In this document: positions 33,131 to 44,487 of the stretch, piece by piece
How positions within the stretch are numbered: position 1 is the stretch's first letter
Layout of the letters: each line of letters opens with the position of its first letter
Source: an uncultured delta proteobacterium
GTDB lineage: Bacteria > Desulfobacterota > Desulfobacteria > Desulfobacterales > QNYZ01
Assembly (NCBI GenBank): GCA_963845145.1
Contig: CAWJQU010000005.1
Location: 1 to 64,000 of the forward strand
Direction of reading: 5' to 3'
Length of the DNA stretch: 64,000 nucleotides
Notes under the pieces: model-generated
What the model saw: only the letters and a program-made list of their open reading frames with translations
Told to the model about the DNA's origin: nothing
Databases searched by the model: none
Translations under genes and position numbers: made by a program

Positions 33131-34113
33131 GCCTTCGGCTTTTGGAGATCGACGGCCTTTGTGTTGATTTCAAAACGCCGGAGGGCATCGCCCGGGCCGT
33201 GGAGGACGTTTCGTTTCATATCGATGCCGGCGAAACCCTGGGGCTGGTCGGCGAATCGGGCTGCGGCAAAAGCGTCACCTCTTTGAGCACCCTGGGGTTA
33301 ATTCCTTCCCCGCCAGGCAAGATTAGCCAGGGCCGTATCCGCTTCAACGGCCGGAACCTGCTAGAATTGAGTGAAGAGTCTTTGCGCCGAATACGGGGTC
33401 GGGATATTGCCATGATTTTTCAGGAGCCCATGACTTCCCTCAACCCCGTATTAACCATCGGCCGCCAAGTAGCCGAACCCTTGATGGTACACCGGCATCT
33501 GACCAAATCGGAAGCCTTACGCCAGGCGTGTGAATGGCTGGAGTATGTCAAAATACCGGCAGCCAAAAAAAGACTTAACGATTTTCCCCATCAATTGTCC
33601 GGTGGCATGCGACAGCGCGTGATGATTGCCATGGCGTTGGTTTGCCATCCCAAGCTCTTGATCGCCGATGAGCCCACCACAGCCGTCGACGTCACCATCC
33701 AATCTCAAATCCTCTCTTTAATGCTTGGCTTAAAGGAGGAGCTGAACATGTCGATGCTTTTGATTACCCATGATTTAGGGGTCATTGCCCAGATGGCCGT
33801 CCGGGTATTGGTCATGTATGCCGGTCAGGTGGTGGAGCAAGCGCCGGTGGCCAAAATTTTTGACCATCCGTTTCACCCTTACACGCGAGGCTTACTACGA
33901 TCCATGCCGACACTGGGAACTCAAAAAACCCGGCTGAATGAGATACCGGGAACCGTGCCGCCTTTAACCGAGAAAATACCCGGCTGTAAATTCGCCCCGC
34001 GCTGCCCCCATACTTTTTCAATCTGCCATAAAAAACGACCGGAGTTGTTTCCGATTACTTCCGGACATCATGCGCGCTGCTGGCTAAAGACGTATCCCGA
34101 CCAAAGAGTTTAA
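33127..34113 (+). CDS. Oligopeptide-type ABC ATPase (OppD/DppD-like)
   Basis: [28 protein letters not shown]-terminal Cys motif. Confidence 0.92.
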   Translation: MSLRLLEIDGLCVDFKTPEGIARAVEDVSFHIDAGETLGLVGESGCGKSVTSLSTLGLIPSPPGKISQGRIRFNGRNLLELSEESLRRIRGRDIAMIFQEPMTSLNPVLTIGRQVAEPLMVHRHLTKSEALRQACEWLEYVKIPAAKKRLNDFPHQLSGGMRQRVMIAMALVCHPKLLIADEPTTAVDVTIQSQILSLMLGLKEELNMSMLLITHDLGVIAQMAVRVLVMYAGQVVEQAPVAKIFDHPFHPYTRGLLRSMPTLGTQKTRLNEIPGTVPPLTEKIPGCKFAPRCPHTFSICHKKRPELFPITSGHHARCWLKTYPDQRV

Positions 34114-34114
34114 C

Positions 34115-35122
34115 ATGTCTTCAGAACTAATTAGGATAGACAACCTATCCAAACACTACCCCATGGGGGGTGGTCTGTTTGCCGGGCCCAGCGCCTGGGT
34201 AAAAGCAGTGGACGGCGTCTCTTTTGCCGTTCACAAGGGTGAAAGCTTTGGCGTTGTGGGCGAATCGGGGTGCGGCAAAACGACACTGGGGCAGATGGTC
34301 GTTCGCCTGCTCGAACCAACCGGAGGGCATATCTACTTTAACGGGGACGATATCACCCATCTTAGCCGCAAGGATTTGCGAACCTATCGGCAAAAACTTC
34401 AAATAATCTTTCAAGATCCCTATTCAAGCCTGGACCCCCGCATGACGGTGGCCTCTATTATCACGGAGCCCCTCTTTGCCCAAGGCAAGCCCACGAAGGA
34501 AAAACGGCACCAAGTCGCCGCCGACCTGTTGAAAAAAGTCGGGCTGCGATCCAACGATCTCAACAAATACCCCCACGAATTTTCCGGCGGGCAACGCCAG
34601 CGAATCGGCATCGCCCGGGCACTTTGCGTTCGGCCGGAACTGATCGTGGCCGATGAGCCGGTTAGCGCTTTGGATGTTTCCATTCAGGCCCAGGTCATCA
34701 ACCTGCTGGATGATCTAAAGGACGATTTCGACCTTTCCTATATTTTCATTTCCCACGATATCAGCGTTGTGGAACATATTTGTGATCGTATCGCAGTCAT
34801 GTATCTGGGCTCTCTGGTGGAAATCGCCCCCACGCAGCATTTTATTGCCAACCGGTGCCACCCGTACTCGGAGGCACTGCTTGCGGCCATTCCGGCCCCC
34901 GATCCCCACCGCCGCATACGCCCCGCCGCCATGGACGGCGACGTACCCAATCCCATCGACCCACCGCCGGGATGCCCCTTTCATCCCCGCTGTGACCGGG
35001 CTTTTGAACCGTGCCGTATGGATAGGCCGAAACTGATTCAGGTAGCAGATAACCATGCTGTGGCCTGCTGGTTAAACAACGGACAGGGAATGACCGTAAA
35101 TCGAAATGGAGGTGGAAAATGA
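34115..35122 (+). CDS. Oligopeptide-type ABC ATPase (OppF/DppF-like)
   Basis: [31 protein letters not shown]. Confidence 0.92.
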   Translation: MSSELIRIDNLSKHYPMGGGLFAGPSAWVKAVDGVSFAVHKGESFGVVGESGCGKTTLGQMVVRLLEPTGGHIYFNGDDITHLSRKDLRTYRQKLQIIFQDPYSSLDPRMTVASIITEPLFAQGKPTKEKRHQVAADLLKKVGLRSNDLNKYPHEFSGGQRQRIGIARALCVRPELIVADEPVSALDVSIQAQVINLLDDLKDDFDLSYIFISHDISVVEHICDRIAVMYLGSLVEIAPTQHFIANRCHPYSEALLAAIPAPDPHRRIRPAAMDGDVPNPIDPPPGCPFHPRCDRAFEPCRMDRPKLIQVADNHAVACWLNNGQGMTVNRNGGGK

Positions 35123-36057
35123 AGATCGCCGTTATCGGCGCGGGCGCTATGGGCAGCCTCTTTGGAGGATTGCTAACCGAAGCCGGCATGAAGGTTTGGC
35201 TGATCGATATCTGGAAAGAGCACGTCGATCGCCTCAATCAAGAGGGACTGACCATTGAGCGTGAAGGGATTGAGCGTATCGTCCGCCCCCGGGCCACAAC
35301 TGATCCCACGACCATCAACCGTGTGGACTTGGCCATTATTTTCGTAAAATCGACCCAAACGGCGGCCGCTGCACAAACCGCCGCAGACCTGATCGGACCG
35401 GATGGTCTGGTGGTGACCTTGCAAAATGGAATGGGCAATGCCGATTTACTGGCAAAAGCCATGCAACCCGGACAAGTATTGGCCGGCACTACTTCCCACG
35501 GCGCAACCCTGCTGGGCCCGGGCCACATACGCCATGCCGGAAGCGGTCCAACCGTTATCGGCCCTTGGCTGGGTGGAGACCTCGCCCCGGCCAGCCGGAT
35601 CGCCGATGTTTTATCCAAGGCCGGTATTGAAACTGAAGTGACTGGAGAGGTTCAAGCCCTGGTCTGGAACAAACTGTTCATTAATATCGGCATTAATGCG
35701 ATTACGGCCTTGACCGGTATTAAAAACGGCCAGATATTGGACCTTGCCGCCACTCGGGATCTCTCCCAAAACGCTGTGGAAGAGGCCCTGGCCGTCGCTC
35801 AGGCAAAAGGGATTCGGATTGAAGAAAATGTGGTGGCGCATGTATTTAAAGTGGCCGAAGCCACGGCGGCCAACCGTTCCTCCATGGGGCAGGATGTAGA
35901 CAGCCACCGCCTGACTGAAATCAGCGCCATCAACGGAGCCGTCGTTCGAGAGGCCCGTCAGTTGGGCTTGGCCACACCGGTTAATGATACCCTGACCGCT
36001 TTGATCCAAACCCTTGAATCCCATTACGACAAAAACGGTGTTAAGATTATACCCTAA
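35119..36057 (+). CDS. panE: 2-dehydropantoate 2-reductase
   Basis: GAGAMG, VKS, LQNG, WNKL..N..IN, SSMGQD, TEISAING. Confidence 0.9.
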   Translation: MKIAVIGAGAMGSLFGGLLTEAGMKVWLIDIWKEHVDRLNQEGLTIEREGIERIVRPRATTDPTTINRVDLAIIFVKSTQTAAAAQTAADLIGPDGLVVTLQNGMGNADLLAKAMQPGQVLAGTTSHGATLLGPGHIRHAGSGPTVIGPWLGGDLAPASRIADVLSKAGIETEVTGEVQALVWNKLFINIGINAITALTGIKNGQILDLAATRDLSQNAVEEALAVAQAKGIRIEENVVAHVFKVAEATAANRSSMGQDVDSHRLTEISAINGAVVREARQLGLATPVNDTLTALIQTLESHYDKNGVKIIP

Positions 36058-36124
36058 CACAACCCATTTAATAGAAATGCCGGGGTGGCAAAATCGCCGA
36101 CCCAACCAATTAAAGGAGTACAAT

Positions 36125-36976
36125 ATGGCAAACCAAAAAGTAACGGTAAAGGATGTTCAGCAGGCCAAGGTCGATGGACGCAAACTGGTGATGGTCACCG
36201 CCTATGATTACCCCTTCGGGTTAATGGCGGACGAAGCGGGCGTTGATATCGTCCTGGTAGGCGATTCCCTGGGGATGGTGGTGATGGGCTTAGACGGTAC
36301 CGTGGCCGTCACCATGGAAAACATGATCCATCATACCAAAGCCGTGATGCGCGGGTGTAAAAATCCCCATGTGGTGGGTGATATGCCCTTTATGAGCTAT
36401 AACACTTCGGTTAGGGAGGCTATTATTAACGCTGGTCGACTGATGAAAGAAGGCGGTTGCGATAGCGTCAAGCTCGAGGGCGGCGTTGATTTTGCGCCTA
36501 CCGTAGCGGCCATCGTCAAAGCGGGTATCCCGGTTCAAGGCCATATCGGGTTGACGCCTCAAACAGCCAGCGCTCTGGGCGGTTTTAAAATGCAGGGCAA
36601 GGATGCTGCTGCCGCTAAAAAAATCATCGATGATGCCAAGGCCCTTGAAGACGCGGGTGTTTTTTCAATGATCATTGAAGCCGTACCGGCACCTTTGGCC
36701 CAACTGGTGGCCGAAGCAGTCAAGGTTCCGGTGATCGGTATCGGCGCGGGTGCCGACGTAGATGGCCAGGTTCTGGTGACCCACGATATGATTGGCCTGT
36801 TCGATAAGTTCGTGCCCAAGTTCGTTAAACAGTACACCAAAATCCGCCCCATTATTTTAGAGGCGCTAAGCGAATACAAAAAAGAAGTGCGCGACACGAC
36901 TTTTCCGGCGGCGGAGCATAGTTTCAGTATGCCCGAAGAGGCCTTGGGTGAACTAAAAAAATTGATAAAAGATTAA
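36125..36976 (+). CDS. panB: 3-methyl-2-oxobutanoate hydroxymethyltransferase
   Basis: MVTAYD, LVGDSLGM, DMPFMSY, VKLEGG, GHIGLTPQ; AAGGAG RBS. Confidence 0.96.
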   Translation: MANQKVTVKDVQQAKVDGRKLVMVTAYDYPFGLMADEAGVDIVLVGDSLGMVVMGLDGTVAVTMENMIHHTKAVMRGCKNPHVVGDMPFMSYNTSVREAIINAGRLMKEGGCDSVKLEGGVDFAPTVAAIVKAGIPVQGHIGLTPQTASALGGFKMQGKDAAAAKKIIDDAKALEDAGVFSMIIEAVPAPLAQLVAEAVKVPVIGIGAGADVDGQVLVTHDMIGLFDKFVPKFVKQYTKIRPIILEALSEYKKEVRDTTFPAAEHSFSMPEEALGELKKLIKD

Positions 36977-36983
36977 GATAAGA

Positions 36984-37814
36984 ATGGATATCATTCATTT
37001 TCTGCAATCATTTCAAAGCGAGGGGGTGACGATCTTTTTCAAGCTCGTCACCCTTTTGGGCAACAAGGAATTTTACATAATCGTTTTGCCGCTGTTTTTT
37101 TGGCTCTGGGATAGAGATAAGGCTGCTCGGTTGGTACTCGTTTTATTACCCTCCGTACTACTCAATTTCTATTTCAAAGAGATATTCCAAACGGCAAGAC
37201 CGGAAGGCGTTGCTTTGATCACACAGGGCGGGTTTTCCTTTCCAAGTGGGCATGCCCAGGGCTCTGCAACCCTATGGCTCATGCTGGCCCTGATGACACG
37301 ACAGAAATGGATGACCATTCTGGCCGGTATTATGATCGCCTTGGTCTCTCTATCACGCTTATACCTCGGCGTGCATTATCCCATCGATGTGTTTGGCGGA
37401 TGTTTGATCGGTGTGGTTCTCGTTCTCATCTATAACAACTACCTTTTTGATGCATTAAAAAGAGCAATTTCTACGCAAACCAAGACAACTCGTGCCGCGG
37501 TATTGACGGTTATCGTTTTATTGTTGACGATAATATACCCTGCCCACGAGGCGATAACCCTACTTGCCGTTCAATGGGGCTTTGCGATGATGCTTATTTT
37601 CTCAAGTGCGACCCATCGATTGCCGCCCAAAGGCATTTTGTTGAAACTATTGATGGTCATTGCAGGAACCACAGTCGTCTTGCTCATATGGAAGGGATTG
37701 AAAGTCATCCTGCCACCCGGGGAGATTACCCGTTTTTTACGCTACGCCTTTATCGGCATTTGGACGGCCACACTTCCGCTACTGATGACCAGACGAAACA
37801 AATCTACCCCTTAA
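36984..37814 (+). CDS. PAP2 family membrane phosphatase
   Basis: K......RP, FPSGH, SRLYLGVHYPID. Confidence 0.88.
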   Translation: MDIIHFLQSFQSEGVTIFFKLVTLLGNKEFYIIVLPLFFWLWDRDKAARLVLVLLPSVLLNFYFKEIFQTARPEGVALITQGGFSFPSGHAQGSATLWLMLALMTRQKWMTILAGIMIALVSLSRLYLGVHYPIDVFGGCLIGVVLVLIYNNYLFDALKRAISTQTKTTRAAVLTVIVLLLTIIYPAHEAITLLAVQWGFAMMLIFSSATHRLPPKGILLKLLMVIAGTTVVLLIWKGLKVILPPGEITRFLRYAFIGIWTATLPLLMTRRNKSTP

Positions 37815-37822
37815 AATTTTAT

Positions 37823-39169
37823 TTACGGCTTGATGAACCCCCACTGCACCAGCCGTTTATGCGCATACTTGGCCGAATTGCCCTGCTTGACCTGTTGCAG
37901 GTAGCGGTAATACTCCCGGGCAGCGTCTTTGCGGCGACGCATGCCTTCCAGGGCGCGGCCCTTTAAAAAGGCGGTATTGGGATTACCGGGCAATAGCCGG
38001 TCATATTGGTTAAAGCCGGAGAAAGCCGCATCGTATTGTCCCTGCCGAATAGCGGCGATACCGCTGAAATGGTGAGATTGAGCCTCCTGGGGATAGATTT
38101 TTTTGGCTTTATCGGCGTAACGCTTGGCCTGGTTGTTTTTGTTCTGAGCCAAAAGGCACTTGGACATCATCACCAGCCCGGCGTAATCATTGGGGGCTTG
38201 TTTTAATGCATTGCCAAGATGCCCTTCGGCTTGGGGGAACTTCTTTTTCGCCAGGGAAATTTCGGCTTTTTGCATCTTTTCGATAGCACCTTTGATTTTA
38301 CGGAGGCTTGCGGTCATGTCCATGTAACGCTCCCGATGAACCGGGTTTTTCCGGTCAGCGGGATATTTGGATGCTACCCGGCCAACAGCGGTATTATACC
38401 GCTCCGTACTCATGGGATGGGTGGCAAACAGGGTTTGAGAAATACCCGGTTTGTGCTTGGATAGCCCCTTTAACATATCCATTAAGTCGACCATCCCCTG
38501 GGGGCTGTATTTGCTTTTAACCATATACGCCATCCCCAAAGAATCCGCTTCCCGCTCATTATCCCGGCTGTATTTGGCCAGCAGTGCACTGCCGCCAACC
38601 ATGCCGGCTACTTGGGCTAATTGGCCCCACTCTTTTCCCTGGGTGCTTGCCGCAATGGCAACCCCTACCATAAACACCTGGGTGAGGGTGCCTTTGCTCA
38701 TCTGTTCAGCGGTGTGCCGGGCATTGACATGACCCAGCTCGTGCCCCAACAATGCCGCCAATTCCGCTTCACTTTCCATCGTTAATAGAATCCCCCGCGT
38801 GGCAGCGATGCTGCCGCCCGGAAAGGCATAGGCGTTCACATAGGTCGCATTGACGGCCTGAAAGGAATAGGGCATCTGGGGCCGATGGGTGTGGACGGCC
38901 ATCTTTTGACCCATATTTTTTAGATATGATTTCAACTGCCTATCCTGAACAGTCCCATAGTCATTGGAGAACTGATGGGGCGAATGTTTTTTGTCGATCC
39001 CGACTTCATCCTTTTCAGACATGAGCATAAGTTGCGACTTGCCGGTCACAGGATTGGTGGCGCACCCCGCCAAAAGACCGGCAGTGGACATGGAGGTCAG
39101 CCAGATAAAATCACGCCGGGATATTGATCTGTTTTTACCAAAATTGATGGGTTGCCGTGGCTTTTGCAT
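37823..39169 (-). CDS. M48 metallopeptidase with TPRs (BepA-like), Tat-type lipoprotein signal
   Basis: SRRDFI...LLAGC; NAYAFPGG, HELGH, YSRDNEREAD, THP; C-terminal helical repeats. Confidence 0.87.
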   Translation of the reverse strand: MQKPRQPINFGKNRSISRRDFIWLTSMSTAGLLAGCATNPVTGKSQLMLMSEKDEVGIDKKHSPHQFSNDYGTVQDRQLKSYLKNMGQKMAVHTHRPQMPYSFQAVNATYVNAYAFPGGSIAATRGILLTMESEAELAALLGHELGHVNARHTAEQMSKGTLTQVFMVGVAIAASTQGKEWGQLAQVAGMVGGSALLAKYSRDNEREADSLGMAYMVKSKYSPQGMVDLMDMLKGLSKHKPGISQTLFATHPMSTERYNTAVGRVASKYPADRKNPVHRERYMDMTASLRKIKGAIEKMQKAEISLAKKKFPQAEGHLGNALKQAPNDYAGLVMMSKCLLAQNKNNQAKRYADKAKKIYPQEAQSHHFSGIAAIRQGQYDAAFSGFNQYDRLLPGNPNTAFLKGRALEGMRRRKDAAREYYRYLQQVKQGNSAKYAHKRLVQWGFIKP

Positions 39170-39243
39170 GGAATCCCTCCTAATTATATTTATCACAAAC
39201 ACCCGCTCACAGGATGATCAGATCGGTTTTAGAATCGCGGGCG

Positions 39244-39792
39244 TTAGAATTGTCTGGGTTTGCAAATAATCTCGCGAATCCGCAAATCGTAAAAATTATT
39301 CATATGGGCCGGTTTAATCACCAAGGCCGCATCCGCCCCTTTACCCGTACCACCGATAGCGATAATATCGTCTCCGGAAAGCATCCCCGCATCGGCAGCC
39401 ATAACAGCCACCTCCACGGCTACTTTGGTACCCTGACCAAACAATCGTAACGTGTCGGCGATGATCAGCACCGGATAGATGCCCTGGTTTTTCTGAGCCA
39501 ATGACCGCTCTACCCCGGAAAGCGCGTGGGTGGCCGATACAACCGCCGCACCTTTTTGGATCAGCGCCTCTTTCGCGTCATTTGGCAGCCTGTTTTCAAA
39601 CGGTTTTTTAAAGCCACAATGGTAGGTTACGGCCGTTATTTTGCAGCCGCTAAACAGTTCCAGCGCCTTAAACGCCGTGTCACCGGTCGTCGTAGCCACG
39701 ACAATCTCCTTAATTCCCAGGGCTTTTGCCCGCTGGTCGGCTTGATTTAATACGTCTTTTGTGTTCGCCCGCCCGGCTGATTCAAAATGCAT
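39244..39792 (-). CDS. Stand-alone pyruvate-kinase C-terminal-like protein
   Basis: G..NT, IVVATTTGDT, HALSGVERS, FGQGTKVAVE..MAADAG, IREIICKP. Confidence 0.8.
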   Translation of the reverse strand: MHFESAGRANTKDVLNQADQRAKALGIKEIVVATTTGDTAFKALELFSGCKITAVTYHCGFKKPFENRLPNDAKEALIQKGAAVVSATHALSGVERSLAQKNQGIYPVLIIADTLRLFGQGTKVAVEVAVMAADAGMLSGDDIIAIGGTGKGADAALVIKPAHMNNFYDLRIREIICKPRQF

Positions 39793-39954
39793 GGTTGTTT
39801 CCCCAAAATTTAATTTTAGATAATATTTGATGATATTGTATTGAAAATCGAAGGATATGCTAACATAATTTTAAAAAACCGGCAAGGACTATATTTCACT
39901 TTTTATTATTATTTTAGTTGGTTAGATTTAACTGCTTTTTGCGAATCCATCAAG

Positions 39955-40179
39955 TTTGCAATGGATCTCAAGAAAATCCCGATGAAGGACGTGAAGCGTA
40001 TTCTAACGGCCATCCAGGCGCTAGCGGGCAATCCGCGCCCCCCTCAATCCAAGAAGCTCTCCGGTCAAGAGCGTTATCGTCTGCGACAGGGCAACTATCG
40101 AATACTCTACACAATCGAGGACGACAGACTCATCATCTGCATAGTCAGGGTCGGTGACCGTCGAGATGTCTACAGGTGA
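39955..40179 (+). pseudogene. RelE/ParE family toxin, apparently 5'-truncated, no antitoxin
   Basis: DLKKIP.KDVKRIL..I..LA.NPRP..SKKLSG.ERYRLRQGNYRILYTI....V.VGDRRDVYR. Upstream is AT-rich with no RBS and no first beta strand. Confidence 0.6.
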
Positions 40180-40391
40180 GAGAGTCAAACCTGTTGCTGA
40201 GCCATTTTGTGTATCTTCGCTTCCATTCCATGACAAAGTTCCCCCGAAAAATAATGAATTTTAGATACTTCCCTCGCTTTTGGAACTGAATTTGGGGGGA
40301 ACGCCATGTTAACCATGTGGTTGACCATGCACAGATACCAAGATATGTATGACGCCTCATATTAATGACTATCCACCAATGGGTGAAAACC

Positions 40392-41234
40392 ATGATTATC
40401 GATTTCCATACACATATTTTTCCCAAATCCATTCGCCAAGACCGGTCCGCTTTTTTTAACAAGGAATCGGCCTTTAGGTTATTGTATGATTCTCCCAAGT
40501 CAAAGATGGTGGGAGCGAACGATTTGATTCGGGCCATGGATGATGAAGGGGTAGATAAGTCGGTCATATTCGGTTTTCCATGGTGCGTGGAAGCGACCTA
40601 CAAGACGCATAACGATTACATCATGACCGCGATTAGCCGCTATCCAGACCGGCTGGTTGGTTTCGGCTGTTTTGACCCCCTGTCCGCCGGAGCGCCGGCC
40701 GAGACGGCGCGTTGCCTTGAAAATGGATTGTCCGGCATTGGGGAGCTCGGGTATTATAACAGCGGTATCGATGCCAACTGTGTTGAAAAATTAGATGGGG
40801 TCATGGCTCTTTGCCGAGATCATGATGTTCCGGTAATGATCCATACCAATGAGTCGGTGGGACACACCTATTCAGGCAAAACACCCGTTACGCTTGATCA
40901 GATCGATGCTTTAACCCAGGCATTTCCGGATAACATCCTGGTCCTGGCCCATTGGGGCGGCGGATTGTTCTTTTACGCCCTATTAAAAAAAGTGATGAAA
41001 GAGCGTCTGGCCCGGGTCTATTTCGATACTGCGGCGTCACCTTTTCTATACGATGCGTCGGTCTACCGAATTGCCGCCGACATCATAGGCTCTGAGAAAA
41101 TTATTTTTGGCACCGACTACCCCTTGTTAGCGCCCTCCCGGTATTTTTCAGAAATGAAAAAAGCCGGTCTAAATGAAGATGAACTGAAAAACATCTGCTG
41201 CGACAATGCTCTGAAATTATTAAAATTGACATAA
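40392..41234 (+). CDS. Amidohydrolase family 2 protein
   Basis: IIDFHTH, GIGEL, MIHTNE, LAHWGG, FDTAA, FGTDYP. Confidence 0.87.
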   Translation: MIIDFHTHIFPKSIRQDRSAFFNKESAFRLLYDSPKSKMVGANDLIRAMDDEGVDKSVIFGFPWCVEATYKTHNDYIMTAISRYPDRLVGFGCFDPLSAGAPAETARCLENGLSGIGELGYYNSGIDANCVEKLDGVMALCRDHDVPVMIHTNESVGHTYSGKTPVTLDQIDALTQAFPDNILVLAHWGGGLFFYALLKKVMKERLARVYFDTAASPFLYDASVYRIAADIIGSEKIIFGTDYPLLAPSRYFSEMKKAGLNEDELKNICCDNALKLLKLT

Positions 41235-41405
41235 GGGCCAGATTATTTCAAACCGGATTATTCTTGACAAAATACTGGTTTCAATATACGCAATAATATT
41301 CATTTATGCTTAGAAAAAGATTCGTCTGAAATTATATTTAACCAAAAACTATTTATAATTAACCTAAAACAATGGCATCAAAAACGTGAAAGGAGATCAC
41401 AAAGA

Positions 41406-42680
41406 ATGACACAATTAGTAGCCCCCCATGGCGGCAAAGGCCTTACCTGTTGTTTACTGGAAGGTGCCGAGAAAGACGCCGAGCTGAAAAAGGCCGAAGG
41501 ATTGAAGCAAATTGAGATTTCACCCCGCGTAAAGGGCGACCTCATTATGATGGGTATCGGCGGATTTAGCCCGATCACCAGCTTTATGACCAAAGCGGAC
41601 TGGAAAGGCGTCTGTGATGATTTTCTGATGGCCGACGGAACGTTCTGGCCGGTTCCCGTAACCCTGGACGTATCCAAGGAAGATGCCGACGCCATCAATA
41701 ATGGTGATGAGATCGCCCTGTTCGATCCTGAAGGCAAAGAGATCATGGCCACCATGAAGGTCACCGAAAAATTTGAGCTGACCGATGCGGAAAAAAAATT
41801 CGAGTGCGAAAAAGTTTTCATGGGCGAAGGCACACCGACCTCCGAAGATTTCTGGAAAATCGCCGAAGATGACCATCCCGGCGTCCAGATGGTGATGCAG
41901 CAAAAAGCCTTTAACCTGGCCGGCCCGGTCAAAGTGCTCAGCGAAGGCGAGTACCCCACCGAATTCGCCGATGTGTACCACCGCCCGGCGGAGTCCCGAA
42001 AAATTTTCGAGGATAAGGGCTGGAGTGACGTAGCTGCCCTGCAATTGAGAAACCCCATGCACCGGTCCCACGAGTACCTGTGCAAAATCGCCGTGGAAGT
42101 ATGTGACGGTGTTTACATTCACTCGTTGGTCGGGAACCTCAAACCCGGCGACATTCCCGCCGACGTTCGGGTTAAATGTATTGATTCCCTGGTCAAAAAC
42201 TATTTTGTAGAAGCCAACGTTGTTCAGGGCGGATACCCCCTGGACATGCGCTATGCCGGTCCGCGGGAAGGCCTGTTGCACGCCGTTTTCCGTCAGAACT
42301 ACGGATGCTCCCGCATGATTATCGGCCGCGACCACGCCGGTGTGGGTGACTTCTACGGCATGTTTGAAGCCCAAACCATTTTTGACAAAATCCCTCAACC
42401 GGCTGAAGAAGGTAAGGCGTTGCTTTGTACGCCATTGAAGATCGACTGGACCTTCTACTGTTACAAATGTGACGGCATGGCTTCTTTAAGAACCTGCCCC
42501 CACGGAAAAGATGACCGCGTATTGTTGTCAGGCACCATCCTGCGCAAAATGCTCTCCGAAGGTGGCGAATTACCCGATCACTTCGGCCGCGATGAAGTGG
42601 TTGCAATTTTACGCAAGTACTATGAAGGCCTGACGGAGAAAGTCGAGATCAAAACCCATAAAGCGGCGACCGGTGATTAA
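41406..42680 (+). CDS. sat: Dissimilatory sulfate adenylyltransferase
   Basis: [56 protein letters not shown]. Confidence 0.97.
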   Translation: MTQLVAPHGGKGLTCCLLEGAEKDAELKKAEGLKQIEISPRVKGDLIMMGIGGFSPITSFMTKADWKGVCDDFLMADGTFWPVPVTLDVSKEDADAINNGDEIALFDPEGKEIMATMKVTEKFELTDAEKKFECEKVFMGEGTPTSEDFWKIAEDDHPGVQMVMQQKAFNLAGPVKVLSEGEYPTEFADVYHRPAESRKIFEDKGWSDVAALQLRNPMHRSHEYLCKIAVEVCDGVYIHSLVGNLKPGDIPADVRVKCIDSLVKNYFVEANVVQGGYPLDMRYAGPREGLLHAVFRQNYGCSRMIIGRDHAGVGDFYGMFEAQTIFDKIPQPAEEGKALLCTPLKIDWTFYCYKCDGMASLRTCPHGKDDRVLLSGTILRKMLSEGGELPDHFGRDEVVAILRKYYEGLTEKVEIKTHKAATGD

Positions 42681-42712
42681 TACTTAATTACAAGTTATCG
42701 TTTTTTTGTCTT

Positions 42713-42748
42713 AAAAGAGGTGCGTTTCGCAACGCACCTCTTTTTTTT
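42713..42748 (+). terminator. Terminator after sat
   Basis: GAGGTGCGTT-TCGC-AACGCACCTC followed by T8. Confidence 0.9.
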
Positions 42749-42909
42749 GGTCTGTATCCACTGTATCCATTATATCCATGGGTATCTTTATTAGCGCATT
42801 ATGACGCGATATCGTAAACCGCCCACCCGTCAAGCTATTGTTATTAAATAGTCTAGCGGATAAAATAGAGACCGCCGCTAAACCAAGCATACGACAAATG
42901 GGTCCAGCA

Positions 42910-44457
42910 ATGACACTTAAGTCAATCTTTACGGGGTTTGAGAAGGCCGCCACCCGCTTAAAAAGTAAAAAGGCCATCACTTTTTATCGAAATGGCTCTG
43001 CCGAAACCGTACGCACCTATTTACAGCTTCACCATGATGTCCTTCGTTTCGCTGCGCTGCTTCGGGTAAAGGGGATACGCAAAGGCGATCGGGTCATTTT
43101 ATTAATGAACAAATCGCTCATCGGCGTCACCGCCCATTTGGCCATTCTATATTTGGGGGCGGTAGGTGTGCCCCTCAATCCCGATTTTAAAAAAAATGAA
43201 CTGCAATATTTGTTTGACGATGTGGATGCCGATCTGGTCATCTTAAACCCGGGCAAAAAAGCGTTGATCGAAGCCATCGCCCCTGACACACAACAATTGG
43301 AGATATCAACCGAAATCCCCTATCAAGATCTCTATTTATTCGATTTAGAACCCGCGTCTGTTCCCGAATCGACTGTTCTCGAATCTGCTACCGACCCAAA
43401 TGCTCCCGGGCTTATCATCTACACCTCCGGTACCACGGGGAACCCCAAAGGCGCGATTCTAACTCAGCGGAATCTGGCCCACGACGCCCAAAGTATCATC
43501 TCGAGCTGGGCCATGTCTGAAACCGATGTGCTTTGCCACGCCCTTCCTCTTTTTCATGTTCACGGTCTATGCTTTGCGCTGCACACGGCCCTTCTGAGCG
43601 GTGCTCACCTCCTCATGTTGGACCGGTTCAATCCCAAAATCGCGCTGGATCGGTTATCCCGAAAATCGAATGCCGATACCTGCACAGTCTTTATGGCCGT
43701 TCCCGCAATGTATGCAAAGATGATGGATGCCGTGAAAGGCAGTCCCCTCGACCTGAGCCATCTGCGCTTGGCAACCTCCGGTTCCGCCCCACTTTTAGCC
43801 GACACCTTCAACCGCATTCATAACACTTTCGGGATCGAACCCGTGGAGCGTGAAGGGATGACCGAAACCGGGATGAACTTTTCCAACCCTTTGGCCGGAA
43901 AACGCAAACCGGGATCGATCGGGCGGCCCCTACCGGGCGTAAACGTACGAATCGTCGATCCCAACACGCATGAGGATGTCCAGGCTGGCCAAGTCGGTGA
44001 ATTTTGGTTGAAAAGCCCTGCCATTACACCAGGCTATTGGCGTAAACCGGCCGAAACCCAAAAGGCCTTTGATAATGGCTGGTTTAAAACGGGCGATCTT
44101 GGAAAAATCGATTGCGATGGTTATTATTATCTCACCGACCGCATCAAGCACATCATCATTACAGGCGGAGAAAACGTTTCGCCGGTGGAGGTGGAAACCG
44201 TGATCAATCAAGTGGATGGGGTGATCGAATCGTCCGTTGTCGGAATTGCCGATGACAAGTGGGGAGAGAAAGTCGTGGCCGCCGTGGTTTTAGCGCCTGA
44301 CTACAAGCTAACCGACCATCAAATCATCGCTTATTGCAAGACCCGGCTACTTAATTGGAAGTGCCCAAAAAAACTGGTATTCCTTGAAAATTTGCCGCGA
44401 AATACGATGGGAAAGGTACTAAAAGAAGAAGTTATAATGCAATTTCAACACAATTGA
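42910..44457 (+). CDS. Acyl-CoA synthetase (MatB/ACSF3-like)
   Basis: YTSGTTGNPKG, HALPLFHVHGL, ER.GMTET, GWFKTGDLG, LPRNTMGKV. Start uncertain (42898 or 42910). Confidence 0.85.
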   Translation: MTLKSIFTGFEKAATRLKSKKAITFYRNGSAETVRTYLQLHHDVLRFAALLRVKGIRKGDRVILLMNKSLIGVTAHLAILYLGAVGVPLNPDFKKNELQYLFDDVDADLVILNPGKKALIEAIAPDTQQLEISTEIPYQDLYLFDLEPASVPESTVLESATDPNAPGLIIYTSGTTGNPKGAILTQRNLAHDAQSIISSWAMSETDVLCHALPLFHVHGLCFALHTALLSGAHLLMLDRFNPKIALDRLSRKSNADTCTVFMAVPAMYAKMMDAVKGSPLDLSHLRLATSGSAPLLADTFNRIHNTFGIEPVEREGMTETGMNFSNPLAGKRKPGSIGRPLPGVNVRIVDPNTHEDVQAGQVGEFWLKSPAITPGYWRKPAETQKAFDNGWFKTGDLGKIDCDGYYYLTDRIKHIIITGGENVSPVEVETVINQVDGVIESSVVGIADDKWGEKVVAAVVLAPDYKLTDHQIIAYCKTRLLNWKCPKKLVFLENLPRNTMGKVLKEEVIMQFQHN

Positions 44458-44487
44458 TGCCTCAATGACGTAAAAGGCTATATCTAC

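Noticed and set aside
41235..41405. Search for a Rex operator and full promoter upstream of sat
   Set aside because: TTGACA is present at 41264, but I found no well-spaced -10 box and no convincing TTGTGAA-N4-TTCACAA palindrome.
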